In this document: piece after piece, positions 9,728 through 19,178 of the stretch
Position numbering within the stretch: the first letter of the stretch is position 1
Layout: every line of letters starts with the position of its first letter
DNA from: a virus
Reading direction: 5' to 3' (one strand)
Virus record (IMG/VR): IMGVR_UViG_3300037067_022543
Length of the DNA stretch: 64,000 nt
Position numbers and translations under genes: made by a program
The notes under the pieces: model-generated
Databases searched by the model: none
The model's input: the letters and a program-made list of their open reading frames with translations, nothing else
What the model was told of the DNA's origin: nothing

Positions 9728-9819
9728 AAATGGCGTATTGTAATATTCCTGTTGTCTTGCCATTAAGGCCGTACAGAAAATAAAACCTTACGCCATTTAA
9801 TATTTTAAAAACTTTCTAA

Positions 9820-10146
9820 TTAAAAAGGAAGATTGTCAGGGTCTTTATCTTCTATAGAAGGCAAATCTTCTTTTTTAGGTTCTGTTCCAGCAGAAACATT
9901 AGTGTTAGTCTTTGATGAATTTGATGAATTTGATGAAAGGGTTCCTACTGACTTTTCGCTTGGGATACTTAGATTAAGCCAACCGTTCCATTCTGAACCT
10001 ACAGGAAGACCGTTAATCTTAGCACTCAACTGCCCCTTTTCATTTTCAAAAACAGCACCACAAGTAAACCATCTGGCTTTCTTCTCACCATTAGATTCAT
10101 ACTCTCCAACTTTTGCAACTAAGTCATATTTTCTTTTTGAACTCAT
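9820..10146 (-). CDS. hypothetical protein with SSB-like acidic C-terminal tip (DKDPDNLPF)
   Basis: The C-terminus ends in D/E-rich ...LPF like bacterial SSB tails (DDDIPF); the N-terminal part is too short to be a canonical OB fold. Confidence 0.4.
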   Translation of the reverse strand: MSSKRKYDLVAKVGEYESNGEKKARWFTCGAVFENEKGQLSAKINGLPVGSEWNGWLNLSIPSEKSVGTLSSNSSNSSKTNTNVSAGTEPKKEDLPSIEDKDPDNLPF

Positions 10147-10220
10147 CGTTTCTCTCCTTTGTTTGTTGTTTATATATTATACAATATTATCTTGTTTTTT
10201 TATATTTAATTGTAATTTTA

Positions 10221-11249
10221 TTATACATCATCTTTAGGAAAGTTAATTTTTATTTTCACAAAAGATATTGACAATCTATTCCAAGTATATGTTACTCCAA
10301 TTCCATCATTTAGTTCAACTATTGATGGATAAGAAAAACTACCTTCTCCTTCTTGTATATGTACCTGTTTTTTCCAAGTTTTACCGTTATCATTTGACGA
10401 AATAAGAGATAATGGAGTCCTATCAGCCCAATTACCAGAAACAGGGTTATATACCAAAAATAATAAACCTCTGGTTTTAAGAATATCTATTCCACTATTA
10501 TTATTGGGCAATTCTATGGGGTAAGCTTGACTCCATGTTTCTCCATAATCAATAGAATCGCTTCTAAATATGAATCCTGCCGTACTACGCAACAACATGT
10601 GTACATTTCCGTCTGTAGACTCCCATAAGGTCGGCTGAATTACACCACCATATTTTCCATTTTTTAAACCATATCTTTTCCTATCAAAATCTATAAGTTT
10701 AGATTTTTTCCATGTTTTCCCTTCATTCTTACTAATATCAACAAATGATTTCCACACAACATCCTTAGGTTCAAACATATTACTATGAATGGTTTGTTCT
10801 ACTGAAGACGGGGCTACCCAATTACCATTTGACAAAACGATAGGTTTACTTCTAACTGGACCTCTGTCAAATTGGTCGTGAATGTGGTCAAAATCAATTT
10901 CATTTAAATTAATTAGTTCTTTTGGTTGACTCCATTTTTCGTTCTCAAAAACCATATAATATGTCACCCAAGCATCTATGGAAGTTCCCATTTTAAAAAA
11001 AAGATATGTTTTGTTTTTAAATGTAAACAAAACTGGGTTCCAATGAGCTACATCATCAACTTTAGCTATAATAGCAGGTTTACTCCAAAACTTTTCATTA
11101 GGAAATAGACACGACATCCATATTGCTGTATCCGGATTAGATTCTCTACTACCAGCAAACCAAGCAACAAATATTCTACCGTCTTTCAATTGAGTTATTG
11201 TTGACGCATGACATTGGGGAAAATATTTTTGTGGTTCAAATATCAGCAT
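10221..11249 (-). CDS. BNR/Asp-box repeat glycosyl hydrolase (sialidase-like)
   Basis: Three Asp-boxes: SKNEGKTW, SIDYGETW, SNDNGKTW. Confidence 0.7.
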   Translation of the reverse strand: MLIFEPQKYFPQCHASTITQLKDGRIFVAWFAGSRESNPDTAIWMSCLFPNEKFWSKPAIIAKVDDVAHWNPVLFTFKNKTYLFFKMGTSIDAWVTYYMVFENEKWSQPKELINLNEIDFDHIHDQFDRGPVRSKPIVLSNGNWVAPSSVEQTIHSNMFEPKDVVWKSFVDISKNEGKTWKKSKLIDFDRKRYGLKNGKYGGVIQPTLWESTDGNVHMLLRSTAGFIFRSDSIDYGETWSQAYPIELPNNNSGIDILKTRGLLFLVYNPVSGNWADRTPLSLISSNDNGKTWKKQVHIQEGEGSFSYPSIVELNDGIGVTYTWNRLSISFVKIKINFPKDDV

Positions 11250-11274
11250 TTAATTAAACCTTTCATAAAACAAC

Positions 11275-11721
11275 TTATATTTTCTTAACATCTTTATTAA
11301 TTTTTTTATTGGCAAAAATGTCGAAAGAACTTAATGCACAACCAGCTATTAAATTATGACCATAGCAGAACATTCTAAGTAAACCACTCTTTGGCAAACA
11401 ATCAATACTCCAAGGCATTATATCAATTTTAAATGGAACACCAATATTTTTTTCTGTCCATTTATAGCCATAACCACCAATACCGTTAATGTGCAAAACA
11501 TCACTACATCCTGAAAGTCTACATATTGGTTCATCTTTTATGCACGCTACAAAATCAATACATCTATAACCACTGTCATGCGTTTTCCTAGTAGGCAAAA
11601 TTACTAAGGAATCAAATTCTCCGATATCTTTATCAAATGATTCCCTATAAGGAAGGCTTTCAAAATCTTTTATGGTCATATTTGTTATTCTTTTTGATTT
11701 TGTTAATTCTTTTTTATTCAT
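11275..11721 (-). CDS. hypothetical protein (148 aa)
   Basis: ORF with AAAGGAAAT SD-like sequence upstream. Confidence 0.45.
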   Translation of the reverse strand: MNKKELTKSKRITNMTIKDFESLPYRESFDKDIGEFDSLVILPTRKTHDSGYRCIDFVACIKDEPICRLSGCSDVLHINGIGGYGYKWTEKNIGVPFKIDIMPWSIDCLPKSGLLRMFCYGHNLIAGCALSSFDIFANKKINKDVKKI

Positions 11722-11832
11722 TTTATTATTTCCTTTAATAATTTATTCATCTAAAGAATACAAACATTTAACATCTAAATCACCAACATTGCTGAAAATA
11801 TCTTTGTGTAGTAAAAATTAACATAATATCAT

Positions 11833-12210
11833 TCACCACCATAATTCTTGAAAATATTTAGAGAACAATTGCATTCCTTCATTATAACTCTTCCATTTGG
11901 CCTTGCAATCATCTCTACTAACTGCTTCATCCTGTTTTAGGTGCCATTCAAATGCAAAAATAATTTTATCCAAAATAATTTGCCATTCTCCTTGTTTTTG
12001 AAATTTGCATGGATAACACGGAGATATGTCTCTAAATCTTTTTAATCTAGGAAGGACAAATGCTGCAATAGTAGTGTTCAAGTTCCATGTTTCTGAATTA
12101 CAAAACCCCATTTCTTTCAATTGTTTTTTATACTTTTTATATCTTTCATCATGCTTATCTAAAAACATAGGGCATTTCATTGACCATTGCCATTTTTTAT
12201 CTGATTTCAT
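11833..12210 (-). CDS. hypothetical protein (125 aa)
   Basis: Minus-strand ORF in a co-directional array. Confidence 0.45.
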   Translation of the reverse strand: MKSDKKWQWSMKCPMFLDKHDERYKKYKKQLKEMGFCNSETWNLNTTIAAFVLPRLKRFRDISPCYPCKFQKQGEWQIILDKIIFAFEWHLKQDEAVSRDDCKAKWKSYNEGMQLFSKYFQELWW

Positions 12211-12221
12211 AAATACTCCAT

Positions 12222-12650
12222 TTATTCTTCAGAAACATTTAAACAAACAATATTTCCAGAAGATATACTATTATCTATTATTTCTCTAATTTCTTCATTA
12301 TGACGAGAAATTCTAATAGCAGCCAATTCCCAATCTTTTTTAAATTTATAATTGTCAACACTTTTTATCATTTCAATTGTTTCTTTATATTCTTTATCAA
12401 AATAATTGTCAATAAATTTCTTAACATCATCTATTCCCATAGCTTCTACGCGATTGCTGTCTGAATAGACTTCTGCTGTTTTAATCAGTTTTATAATGTT
12501 TGGATCTTTTCTGCCGCAATGGATACAAGGTTGAGAATTCTTAAAAGCAATAATAAAAGATGTTGAACTACTGTTAGAAACAAAGTTTTCTCTAATTTTC
12601 ATTTTTATCCTTTTGTTTTTTTTCTTCATTATTAAAGACATAAATTTCAA
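12222..12650 (-). CDS. hypothetical protein (142 aa)
   Basis: Minus-strand ORF. Confidence 0.45.
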   Translation of the reverse strand: MKFMSLIMKKKNKRIKMKIRENFVSNSSSTSFIIAFKNSQPCIHCGRKDPNIIKLIKTAEVYSDSNRVEAMGIDDVKKFIDNYFDKEYKETIEMIKSVDNYKFKKDWELAAIRISRHNEEIREIIDNSISSGNIVCLNVSEE

Positions 12651-12807
12651 AAAACTCGTTCAGTGCTTTAAAATCTCCATTTTTAGTTCTATCCCTTAAT
12701 TCTTTTAAATTATCCACAAATTCATTAATGGAAAACTCATAATATTGCTTTTCTTCTTTTTTGCAAATTAATGCATTTTTTAAACAATTTTCTATATTAC
12801 TTCTCAT
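12592..12807 (-). CDS. hypothetical small protein (71 aa)
   Basis: ORF overlapping the 3' end of its neighbour; weak call. Confidence 0.3.
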   Translation of the reverse strand: MRSNIENCLKNALICKKEEKQYYEFSINEFVDNLKELRDRTKNGDFKALNEFFEIYVFNNEEKKQKDKNEN

Positions 12808-13162
12808 TCCATTTCCCCGTTTCTTTAATTGCCCTAATAACTCTGTAGACTAGTTCTCCTTGATGTCCACCACGCTCTAACATTTCTTTTTCTTTTTCCC
12901 ATATTTTGCCAACCATATCTTTGCATTCTAGACACGTTATTATCTCGTTATAATAGTTTAGATTATCATAATCTTCATTAGTAGCATAACATTTTTCTAA
13001 AAACAAATATCTATGTTCCTTGCAAACATCCTTTTTACAAACATAGCAAGTTTCTATGGTAGCAAAACCACCAGCACGTCTATAATTTTTATCTGAAGAA
13101 CAATTACAAAAATCGCATTTGCATTCCTCAATTTTGACTTCAATTTTTTTATTGACCCTCAC
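12797..13162 (-). CDS. Cys-rich (zinc-finger-like) hypothetical protein
   Basis: GTG start; multiple CxxC pairs (CKCDFCNC, CYVCKKDVC). Confidence 0.45.
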   Translation of the reverse strand: MRVNKKIEVKIEECKCDFCNCSSDKNYRRAGGFATIETCYVCKKDVCKEHRYLFLEKCYATNEDYDNLNYYNEIITCLECKDMVGKIWEKEKEMLERGGHQGELVYRVIRAIKETGKWNEK

Positions 13163-13299
13163 TATTTATCCTTTAAAAATTTCTTTACTTTTTTATACAA
13201 CCTGCTATAAATTATACAAATTTAAATTAATTGTCAATAAATAAAAGATTATTAATTAAAAGTAAAGTATAATACTGATAAACAACAGGAGTATATGTT

Positions 13300-13602
13300 A
13301 TGGATAAAAACAAACACAAAGCTCTTATTGATGAATTCGTTGAAACCTGTCCTTGTAAGGATGAATATTGCTCTTTAAGGGAACTTATAATGCATCTTTT
13401 CCAAGATCCAAGAACTCTTGTACAAGCAAAATGTTTGGAAAAGTTTAAATATGAGCGTTCAAAAGAACTTGGTAAAGATATAGGAAGTGCAGCAGTAGCA
13501 GAATGGATAGATCTAGGTTTTGCAAAGAAATTTTCTGATTGTTATAGTGAAGATAAAACTATTAATCAAATTTATAAAGAAATAAAAAATAGCAAGGTTT
13601 GA
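13300..13602 (+). CDS. hypothetical protein (100 aa)
   Basis: Plus-strand ORF with SD AGGAG 7 nt before the ATG and TATAAT at 13268-13273. Confidence 0.5.
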   Translation: MDKNKHKALIDEFVETCPCKDEYCSLRELIMHLFQDPRTLVQAKCLEKFKYERSKELGKDIGSAAVAEWIDLGFAKKFSDCYSEDKTINQIYKEIKNSKV

Positions 13603-13614
13603 AATTATTATATA

Positions 13615-14061
13615 TTAATCCTTATGTTTTCCATATAACTGTCTATAACACTTAAAATACTTTATGGCATCTTTAACCCCGTTTAATATAGTAGCATCAT
13701 ATAGACAACCCTGAATCCATCCTGGGACATCCTGTATAGTTATATCATCAAAATAACAAACAATGGGTTTATTGTAAATAGCAGCAAAAGTTATTTCGCT
13801 TAATGTTCCTGCTCCTTTAAGAACTGCAGAATCTATTTTTACAAGAAAATGCTCGCAACGAATCAAGTTGTTAATGTCTCTAATAACAATATTATTAATT
13901 ACTTTTTGTTTATACAAAAAAGAACATTTTTTAGGAACCTTTATCTTGTCTGGAATAATGACATCATAATATTGCAAAAGAGATTCCTTAACTTCATTCC
14001 TCCAATTGAAAGGATCTTTTGATTTTTCTATTGCTCCTGACAAATATATACTTGGTTTCAT
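13615..14061 (-). CDS. nucleoside 2-deoxyribosyltransferase-like protein
   Basis: IYLSGAIE at the N-terminus and DSAVLKGAGTLSEITFAAIYNKPIV, matching the NDT/Rcl-type Rossmann motifs. Confidence 0.55.
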   Translation of the reverse strand: MKPSIYLSGAIEKSKDPFNWRNEVKESLLQYYDVIIPDKIKVPKKCSFLYKQKVINNIVIRDINNLIRCEHFLVKIDSAVLKGAGTLSEITFAAIYNKPIVCYFDDITIQDVPGWIQGCLYDATILNGVKDAIKYFKCYRQLYGKHKD

Positions 14062-15233
14062 AATTTACTTTCAATTTTTCCGCCACTAGTAATCTCTATA
14101 AATTCACATTTTTCCTGAAATTCTTTTAAGTTTTTAGCCCCAACATAAGAAAATGATGATTGCAAGCCATGTTTAATATGTTTTAAAATATGTTTAACAT
14201 GCCCCCTAAAAGGAGCCATTTTTGCAACTCCTTCTACAAATTCATTTGCATTTCCATTTGAAACTTTATTTTCTCCGCTAGCAGAACCAGCATAAACTTT
14301 ATAAAACTCCCCTCTTTCTCCTGTAAAAACATTTCCTGGAGTTTCTGTTGATCCGGACAACATGGAACCGAGCATAACTGCATGAGAATATTTTAAGCTC
14401 TTTGCAATATCTCCTATTGATGACATGCCTCCATCTGCAATTATCTTTATGTGTTTAATGCCTTGTCTTATAAACTCTTCATTAATTGATTCCAAAGCAT
14501 AAAGTTGAGGAACACCAACCCCCGTATTTTTCCTCGTTAAGCAGGCCGAACCAGGACCGACGCCGCACTTAATACAATCTGCTCCCCATTCTGCAATATC
14601 GTAAGCACCTTCTGGAGTTGAAACATTACCTGCTATAATATATATATCTTTTAATCCTTTTTCTTTTATCCATTTTAATATATTTTTCATTACTAAAGAA
14701 TGGCCATGGGCAATATCTATGCAAAATATTTTTGCTCCAGCTTCGTATAAACTGTCAAACCTTTTTTTATCTTCATCTTGAACTCCTATTGAAACTCCAA
14801 TTTCATGGTCTTTATTACAAATACTTTTAATATTAGGATGTATATTAAAAGTACTACTATTAAAACTACTACAAGATTCTGAATATTTATCTTCATCTTT
14901 TAAAATAACAGTTGAGTTTCCTAAACTAATAGTATTACTTATAAGCCCTTCATTAACAGAAAAATGGTTTTTAACTTCTAAAAAATCTTCTACAGCTTGT
15001 TCAATACTGCAAAATCTATGTAAAATTCCCATACCGCCATTTTCAATCATTGCTATTGACATTTTAACGCCGCAAATAGTCTTCATATTTGCTGCTATAA
15101 TTGGCAAATTTATCTTAAAAAATCCAAAATCACTAGATAAATCAACACTTCTTCTAGACTCTATTTCAGAATATTTGGGGACAATTAGTACGTCACTAAA
15201 TGTATATGCTTCTTTATTTATTTTTTTATCCAT
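14058..15233 (-). CDS. IMP dehydrogenase / GMP reductase family protein (no CBS insert)
   Basis: CIDIAHGHS and the catalytic loop GVGPGSACLTR of the IMPDH/GMPR TIM barrel. Confidence 0.8.
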   Translation of the reverse strand: MDKKINKEAYTFSDVLIVPKYSEIESRRSVDLSSDFGFFKINLPIIAANMKTICGVKMSIAMIENGGMGILHRFCSIEQAVEDFLEVKNHFSVNEGLISNTISLGNSTVILKDEDKYSESCSSFNSSTFNIHPNIKSICNKDHEIGVSIGVQDEDKKRFDSLYEAGAKIFCIDIAHGHSLVMKNILKWIKEKGLKDIYIIAGNVSTPEGAYDIAEWGADCIKCGVGPGSACLTRKNTGVGVPQLYALESINEEFIRQGIKHIKIIADGGMSSIGDIAKSLKYSHAVMLGSMLSGSTETPGNVFTGERGEFYKVYAGSASGENKVSNGNANEFVEGVAKMAPFRGHVKHILKHIKHGLQSSFSYVGAKNLKEFQEKCEFIEITSGGKIESKL

Positions 15234-15248
15234 AATTGTGCTCCTTTA

Positions 15249-15620
15249 TTATCCACCCATTTCAATATAATCTCTAGTAAAATTACGATAGGCATACCCG
15301 TCCTCATCAAATTTAATTGGATATTTTTCGTTGAAAACGCGGTCTTCTGCATCGTGTCTGCTCGTTGCTACTCTTGCTCTTGCTAAATTAACTTCCATTT
15401 CTTCTATTATCTTCCAATAATCTTCCCATTGTTTTTCCGTCAATTCACTATTGGATTGCCGCATATTTAGTAAAATTTCTTCTGACGGAAATATTTGCAA
15501 TAACTCTGCACTTGTGCCTATAGAGTTGAAACCCATGAGGTCTTCACATATGCCTTTAAGTTTTCTATAATGACTAATTAAATGATTGAAATATTTGTTC
15601 TCAATGTCAGTAATTTTCAT
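15249..15620 (-). CDS. hypothetical protein (123 aa)
   Basis: Minus-strand ORF. Confidence 0.45.
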   Translation of the reverse strand: MKITDIENKYFNHLISHYRKLKGICEDLMGFNSIGTSAELLQIFPSEEILLNMRQSNSELTEKQWEDYWKIIEEMEVNLARARVATSRHDAEDRVFNEKYPIKFDEDGYAYRNFTRDYIEMGG

Positions 15621-15630
15621 TTATTTTCCT

Positions 15631-15915
15631 TTAGAAGGAAGTCCACGCTAACTCTTTAAGTCTGGAATCCAAAACAGAGTTTTTAGTTGTTGTTTTTTTA
15701 TAAACCTTACCAGCTTTACTTTTTAATAAAGGGCATTTTTCTGGAAATCCAGTATCGCATTCTGGATGACTAATAACATAGGCGTTTTCTAGTTTGGTAT
15801 TATCAATTGAAGGGTGTTTGCATATCATCGCTGGGCCAGTACCGCCGTCAATTCCGTGAAAAGGGCATTGGTTACAATTCTCTATTTCTTTTTCTACTAT
15901 CATTTTTAATTTCAT
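15631..15915 (-). CDS. Cys-rich hypothetical protein (94 aa)
   Basis: CNQCPFH...CKH...CDTGFPEKC. Confidence 0.45.
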   Translation of the reverse strand: MKLKMIVEKEIENCNQCPFHGIDGGTGPAMICKHPSIDNTKLENAYVISHPECDTGFPEKCPLLKSKAGKVYKKTTTKNSVLDSRLKELAWTSF

Positions 15916-15982
15916 CGTGTTCTATCCCTTCTATTATACCAATTCCACGAAGTGTTTTTATATTTATTTATTCATAATCACA

Positions 15983-16681
15983 CTAATTGCTTATTTTTTC
16001 TGGTGGTCTTAATTTTTCGTCGCATTTATGATGCCATATTTTGTCACCATCCCAATTAGAAATTGCACTTTCTCCCCATTTAAATCCCTTCTTACAAATA
16101 GCACATCTATCAAACAAGAATCTCTTAATTTTCTCTAACGGATGAATTTGTAACTTCCAATGCCATATATGCCACTTTGGATGTTTATACCATGGGCGAA
16201 TCATTCTTAAATAAGATCTAACACATAAATAAAATAGATTTTCTACATCTTCTTTATTTTTAGTCATAGCACAATGTCTCAAATTATCTACAGGATTAGT
16301 ACATACATTTATTATTTCAACCATTTCCTTTGGAGAAATATTCCTTTTAAAACAACGCCACGATATTATTTGAAAAGTAGCTATAATAGTAGAAAAAGTG
16401 TCCATAATTGGCATATAATTATGGAACATCCCGCCAACACTACTTTCAAATTCAGCTTCTTTTTTAGATAATTCTTTTAGTTTCTTTGTTACTTTAGGAT
16501 AGCTATAGCCACAACTATCATCACTACCGTCTTTTTCAGGATCAACATGCCAAATAGTAATAAATGGCGTATGGTATTTTCTATCTTTACTATTAATTCT
16601 TAATAATTGATTCTGCGTAAGCCAAAAATCTTTATGCCAAAAGTAATGTATTTCAAATGCTACTGTCATAGGATCATGCAT
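15983..16681 (-). CDS. hypothetical protein with C-terminal zinc-binding motif
   Basis: CAICKKGF...HHKCDEK. Confidence 0.5.
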   Translation of the reverse strand: MHDPMTVAFEIHYFWHKDFWLTQNQLLRINSKDRKYHTPFITIWHVDPEKDGSDDSCGYSYPKVTKKLKELSKKEAEFESSVGGMFHNYMPIMDTFSTIIATFQIISWRCFKRNISPKEMVEIINVCTNPVDNLRHCAMTKNKEDVENLFYLCVRSYLRMIRPWYKHPKWHIWHWKLQIHPLEKIKRFLFDRCAICKKGFKWGESAISNWDGDKIWHHKCDEKLRPPEKISN

Positions 16682-16693
16682 CTATATTTCTCC

Positions 16694-17206
16694 TTACTCA
16701 AACCATTCGTTATTATAATCTTCAAGATATTTCATGCTTTCAAAATCTATATTTTTAACCATTTTGTTATATCTAACCAGTTGATTAATTGAAGGAATGC
16801 AATCAACCCATTTAGAAAAATGTTTATTTTCATCACAATAGTTTTCATCATTATCTTCGTTGAAACCACAAAGCTCATTATATTCATCTATTGACATAGT
16901 TGCTGGTTTGTTCTTGAATATAACATAAAAAGAATGTTTGTGATTATCACTACCGTCTTTATTCATATCGCAACAACCTTTTTCCAATCCATTTTTAGCT
17001 GTATCTTCTGATATTTCTTTAATCCCATCTTCTCTATAAAAAGTGAAATATGTTTTGCATTGGTTACATTGCATCAAACGAAGCAACCAGTTACCAACTT
17101 TGTAAGGAACTACCTCATTAGAGTTAATAACATCTGGTTGTTTACATTTAGGACAAATTACGACTCTCAATTCCGAATCGTCTCTGCAAACAGTATAATA
17201 TGACAT
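16694..17206 (-). CDS. Cys-rich hypothetical protein (170 aa)
   Basis: CPKCKQ...CNQCK zinc ribbon. Confidence 0.5.
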   Translation of the reverse strand: MSYYTVCRDDSELRVVICPKCKQPDVINSNEVVPYKVGNWLLRLMQCNQCKTYFTFYREDGIKEISEDTAKNGLEKGCCDMNKDGSDNHKHSFYVIFKNKPATMSIDEYNELCGFNEDNDENYCDENKHFSKWVDCIPSINQLVRYNKMVKNIDFESMKYLEDYNNEWFE

Positions 17207-17208
17207 AA

Positions 17209-17559
17209 TTACTCCTTATTTTCAAAACTGATAGCACCTTCTATATAAAATTTTCTATAATCACAAAGTGTTCTCCATTCCATATCACCATTTTCGTTTA
17301 AAAATTCTACCATGACTCCATGATTATATTGAACAGGAATAAGCCTAATTGTTCCTTTTTTACAATTTGGATAATCTGTATGGCTAACAATATCTACATA
17401 ACCACCTTTTTTAAGCACATCTACAAATTTACCTTTCTTAAATTCTGGTAGTATAGAACCAGAAAAACCATCTATTTTAATACCGTAAAAAACCTTATAG
17501 TACAAACTCCGTAAATCTCTCTTAAACCAAATCCATCTTAATTTTAATTTATTAATCAT
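17209..17559 (-). CDS. hypothetical protein (116 aa)
   Basis: Minus-strand ORF. Confidence 0.45.
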   Translation of the reverse strand: MINKLKLRWIWFKRDLRSLYYKVFYGIKIDGFSGSILPEFKKGKFVDVLKKGGYVDIVSHTDYPNCKKGTIRLIPVQYNHGVMVEFLNENGDMEWRTLCDYRKFYIEGAISFENKE

Positions 17560-17925
17560 TTAATCGATGTCCCATTTTTGTTGACCGCATTTTGGACATT
17601 TTAATTTGTCTTTATTTTTCTTGAATTCTTCATATGTCCTAACTAACATATTTCTAATCCTTTTTGCCCTTCTTTCTAAGTCCCAAGCCGTCAAATCTTG
17701 TCCTTTACAATATATTCCTTGATCATCTTTATAACTTATAATTTCAGGATTGCACCTAAAAAAAGATGAATCCATGTAAATTTTATCTTTAAACAAATCC
17801 TTTTCCATACCATCAATCAAATCTCTTCTAAAAGGGGTATATTTTCCAATTTCCCAAAAATCATCTTGAGACCAACCGCAATTTTTTCCATTGGGCAGTT
17901 TACCATGACAATGTAAGTAAGCCAT
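17560..17925 (-). CDS. hypothetical protein with C-terminal zinc ribbon (CPKCGQ)
   Basis: Minus-strand ORF. Confidence 0.45.
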   Translation of the reverse strand: MAYLHCHGKLPNGKNCGWSQDDFWEIGKYTPFRRDLIDGMEKDLFKDKIYMDSSFFRCNPEIISYKDDQGIYCKGQDLTAWDLERRAKRIRNMLVRTYEEFKKNKDKLKCPKCGQQKWDID

Positions 17926-17980
17926 TTTATTCCTCGTTTTTTAAATCACGGTCACATTATAAAAGTTTTTAGTTTTTATT

Positions 17981-18175
17981 TCAATTCTTTTTTGACTCAT
18001 GAACTGGTTTAAGAGATTTAATTTGTTTAGTTGTGTACGTTCCAAGACGTTTAATTTCATAATGACCACGTTTTCCAGTATATTCACCTTTATCGTCAAT
18101 ACAACACCAACAATCCACTTTCTCGGTATATAATTTTCCACAATCCTGACATTCCCATATAGTTAAATAAGCCAT
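17981..18175 (-). CDS. small zinc-ribbon protein (64 aa)
   Basis: CQDCGK...CWCC. Confidence 0.4.
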   Translation of the reverse strand: MAYLTIWECQDCGKLYTEKVDCWCCIDDKGEYTGKRGHYEIKRLGTYTTKQIKSLKPVHESKKN

Positions 18176-18176
18176 T

Positions 18177-18374
18177 TTATTCCTCAGTTTTTAAATCACA
18201 ACCACATTTTTGGCAGATGCCCTTTTCTTGAGCACATTTTGAACATGGTTCTTTTAACATTTTTATGGGCTCGTTTATATTGGCAACAAAGGATTTTTCG
18301 CCACAAATTTTACAAAAATACATTCCGTCACAAAATCTTGGCATATATTCAGAACACTTTTCGCACAATGTCAT
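18177..18374 (-). CDS. small zinc-ribbon protein (65 aa)
   Basis: CEKCSEY...CKICGEK...CSKCAQEKGICQKCGC. Confidence 0.4.
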   Translation of the reverse strand: MTLCEKCSEYMPRFCDGMYFCKICGEKSFVANINEPIKMLKEPCSKCAQEKGICQKCGCDLKTEE

Positions 18375-18590
18375 TTAATATTTCTCCACATCTTCGCATT
18401 TTGGGAACTTTTTTGCATTATTATAATTTTTCTTGTAGCACAAACAAATATGCCCTTCTGATAAGTGAGCAGTACACGCCCATTCTTTATTTTCTTTGCA
18501 TTTTATTTGCCACTTACAGAATTTTTTCATTCCCAAACCTCGTCTATTAATTCGTAAATCAAGTCCTTCTGTTCGTCGGTAAATTTCCAC
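18375..18590 (-). CDS. small Cys-rich protein (71 aa)
   Basis: ORF overlapping 18527..19120; weak call. Confidence 0.3.
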   Translation of the reverse strand: MEIYRRTEGLDLRINRRGLGMKKFCKWQIKCKENKEWACTAHLSEGHICLCYKKNYNNAKKFPKCEDVEKY

Positions 18591-19120
18591 CTTATGTTAA
18601 CATTCTTGTCTGCCCAATCTTTAGGATTGCTTTTCTTCTCTTCAGACATTGCACACCAATCTGCCACCATCTCAGCTAAAGATAAATCTGGCATATTAGT
18701 AGCATCAATTAATTTTCTAGGCTCATCTCTATCTTCGCGGTTAATTAAACCAATTTTTTCTCCACAATAAAATTCCGGATGATGCTTATTCTTACAAACA
18801 TGATGATTTGTTGCAGCGTTCATTTTTTCTTTCATATCTTCTGAAATTTCAAATTTTTCCCCATCATCCTTACATTTGTATTGCCAAGTTATGTAGATAT
18901 AGGGTTCTTTTTCTGGGTCTTTAAATTTGCTATCATCATGAACCTTGCCCCTTTCAACTAATTCCCCAAATCTTTCCTTGTCATAATCTGAAATTTTTTG
19001 GCAATATTTTCTAACCAAATCAATATGCAAATTAGTTCTTTTTTTAAAAAAATCTAACATTTCTTTTTCTATTTTTGTGATCTCGTCTTTTGATAAAGTT
19101 GCCGTTTTATACCATGTCAT
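18527..19120 (-). CDS. HD-domain phosphohydrolase (YfbR-like 5'-deoxynucleotidase family)
   Basis: LHIDLVRKY ... RGKVHDDSKF (H...HD motif pair). Confidence 0.5.
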   Translation of the reverse strand: MTWYKTATLSKDEITKIEKEMLDFFKKRTNLHIDLVRKYCQKISDYDKERFGELVERGKVHDDSKFKDPEKEPYIYITWQYKCKDDGEKFEISEDMKEKMNAATNHHVCKNKHHPEFYCGEKIGLINREDRDEPRKLIDATNMPDLSLAEMVADWCAMSEEKKSNPKDWADKNVNIRWKFTDEQKDLIYELIDEVWE

Positions 19121-19178
19121 TTATTATTCTCCTAATAACCTTATTGATAACCAATTTCAATAGCATGGGATCATGCTG

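Noticed and set aside
9728-9798. Inverted repeat AAATGGCGTA ... TACGCCATTT between the convergent genes 9383..9727 (+) and 9820..10146 (-)
   Set aside because: The arms are perfect 10-mers, but the 51-nt loop is far too long for a typical intrinsic terminator. It may be a regulatory or recombination site but cannot be supported further from sequence alone.
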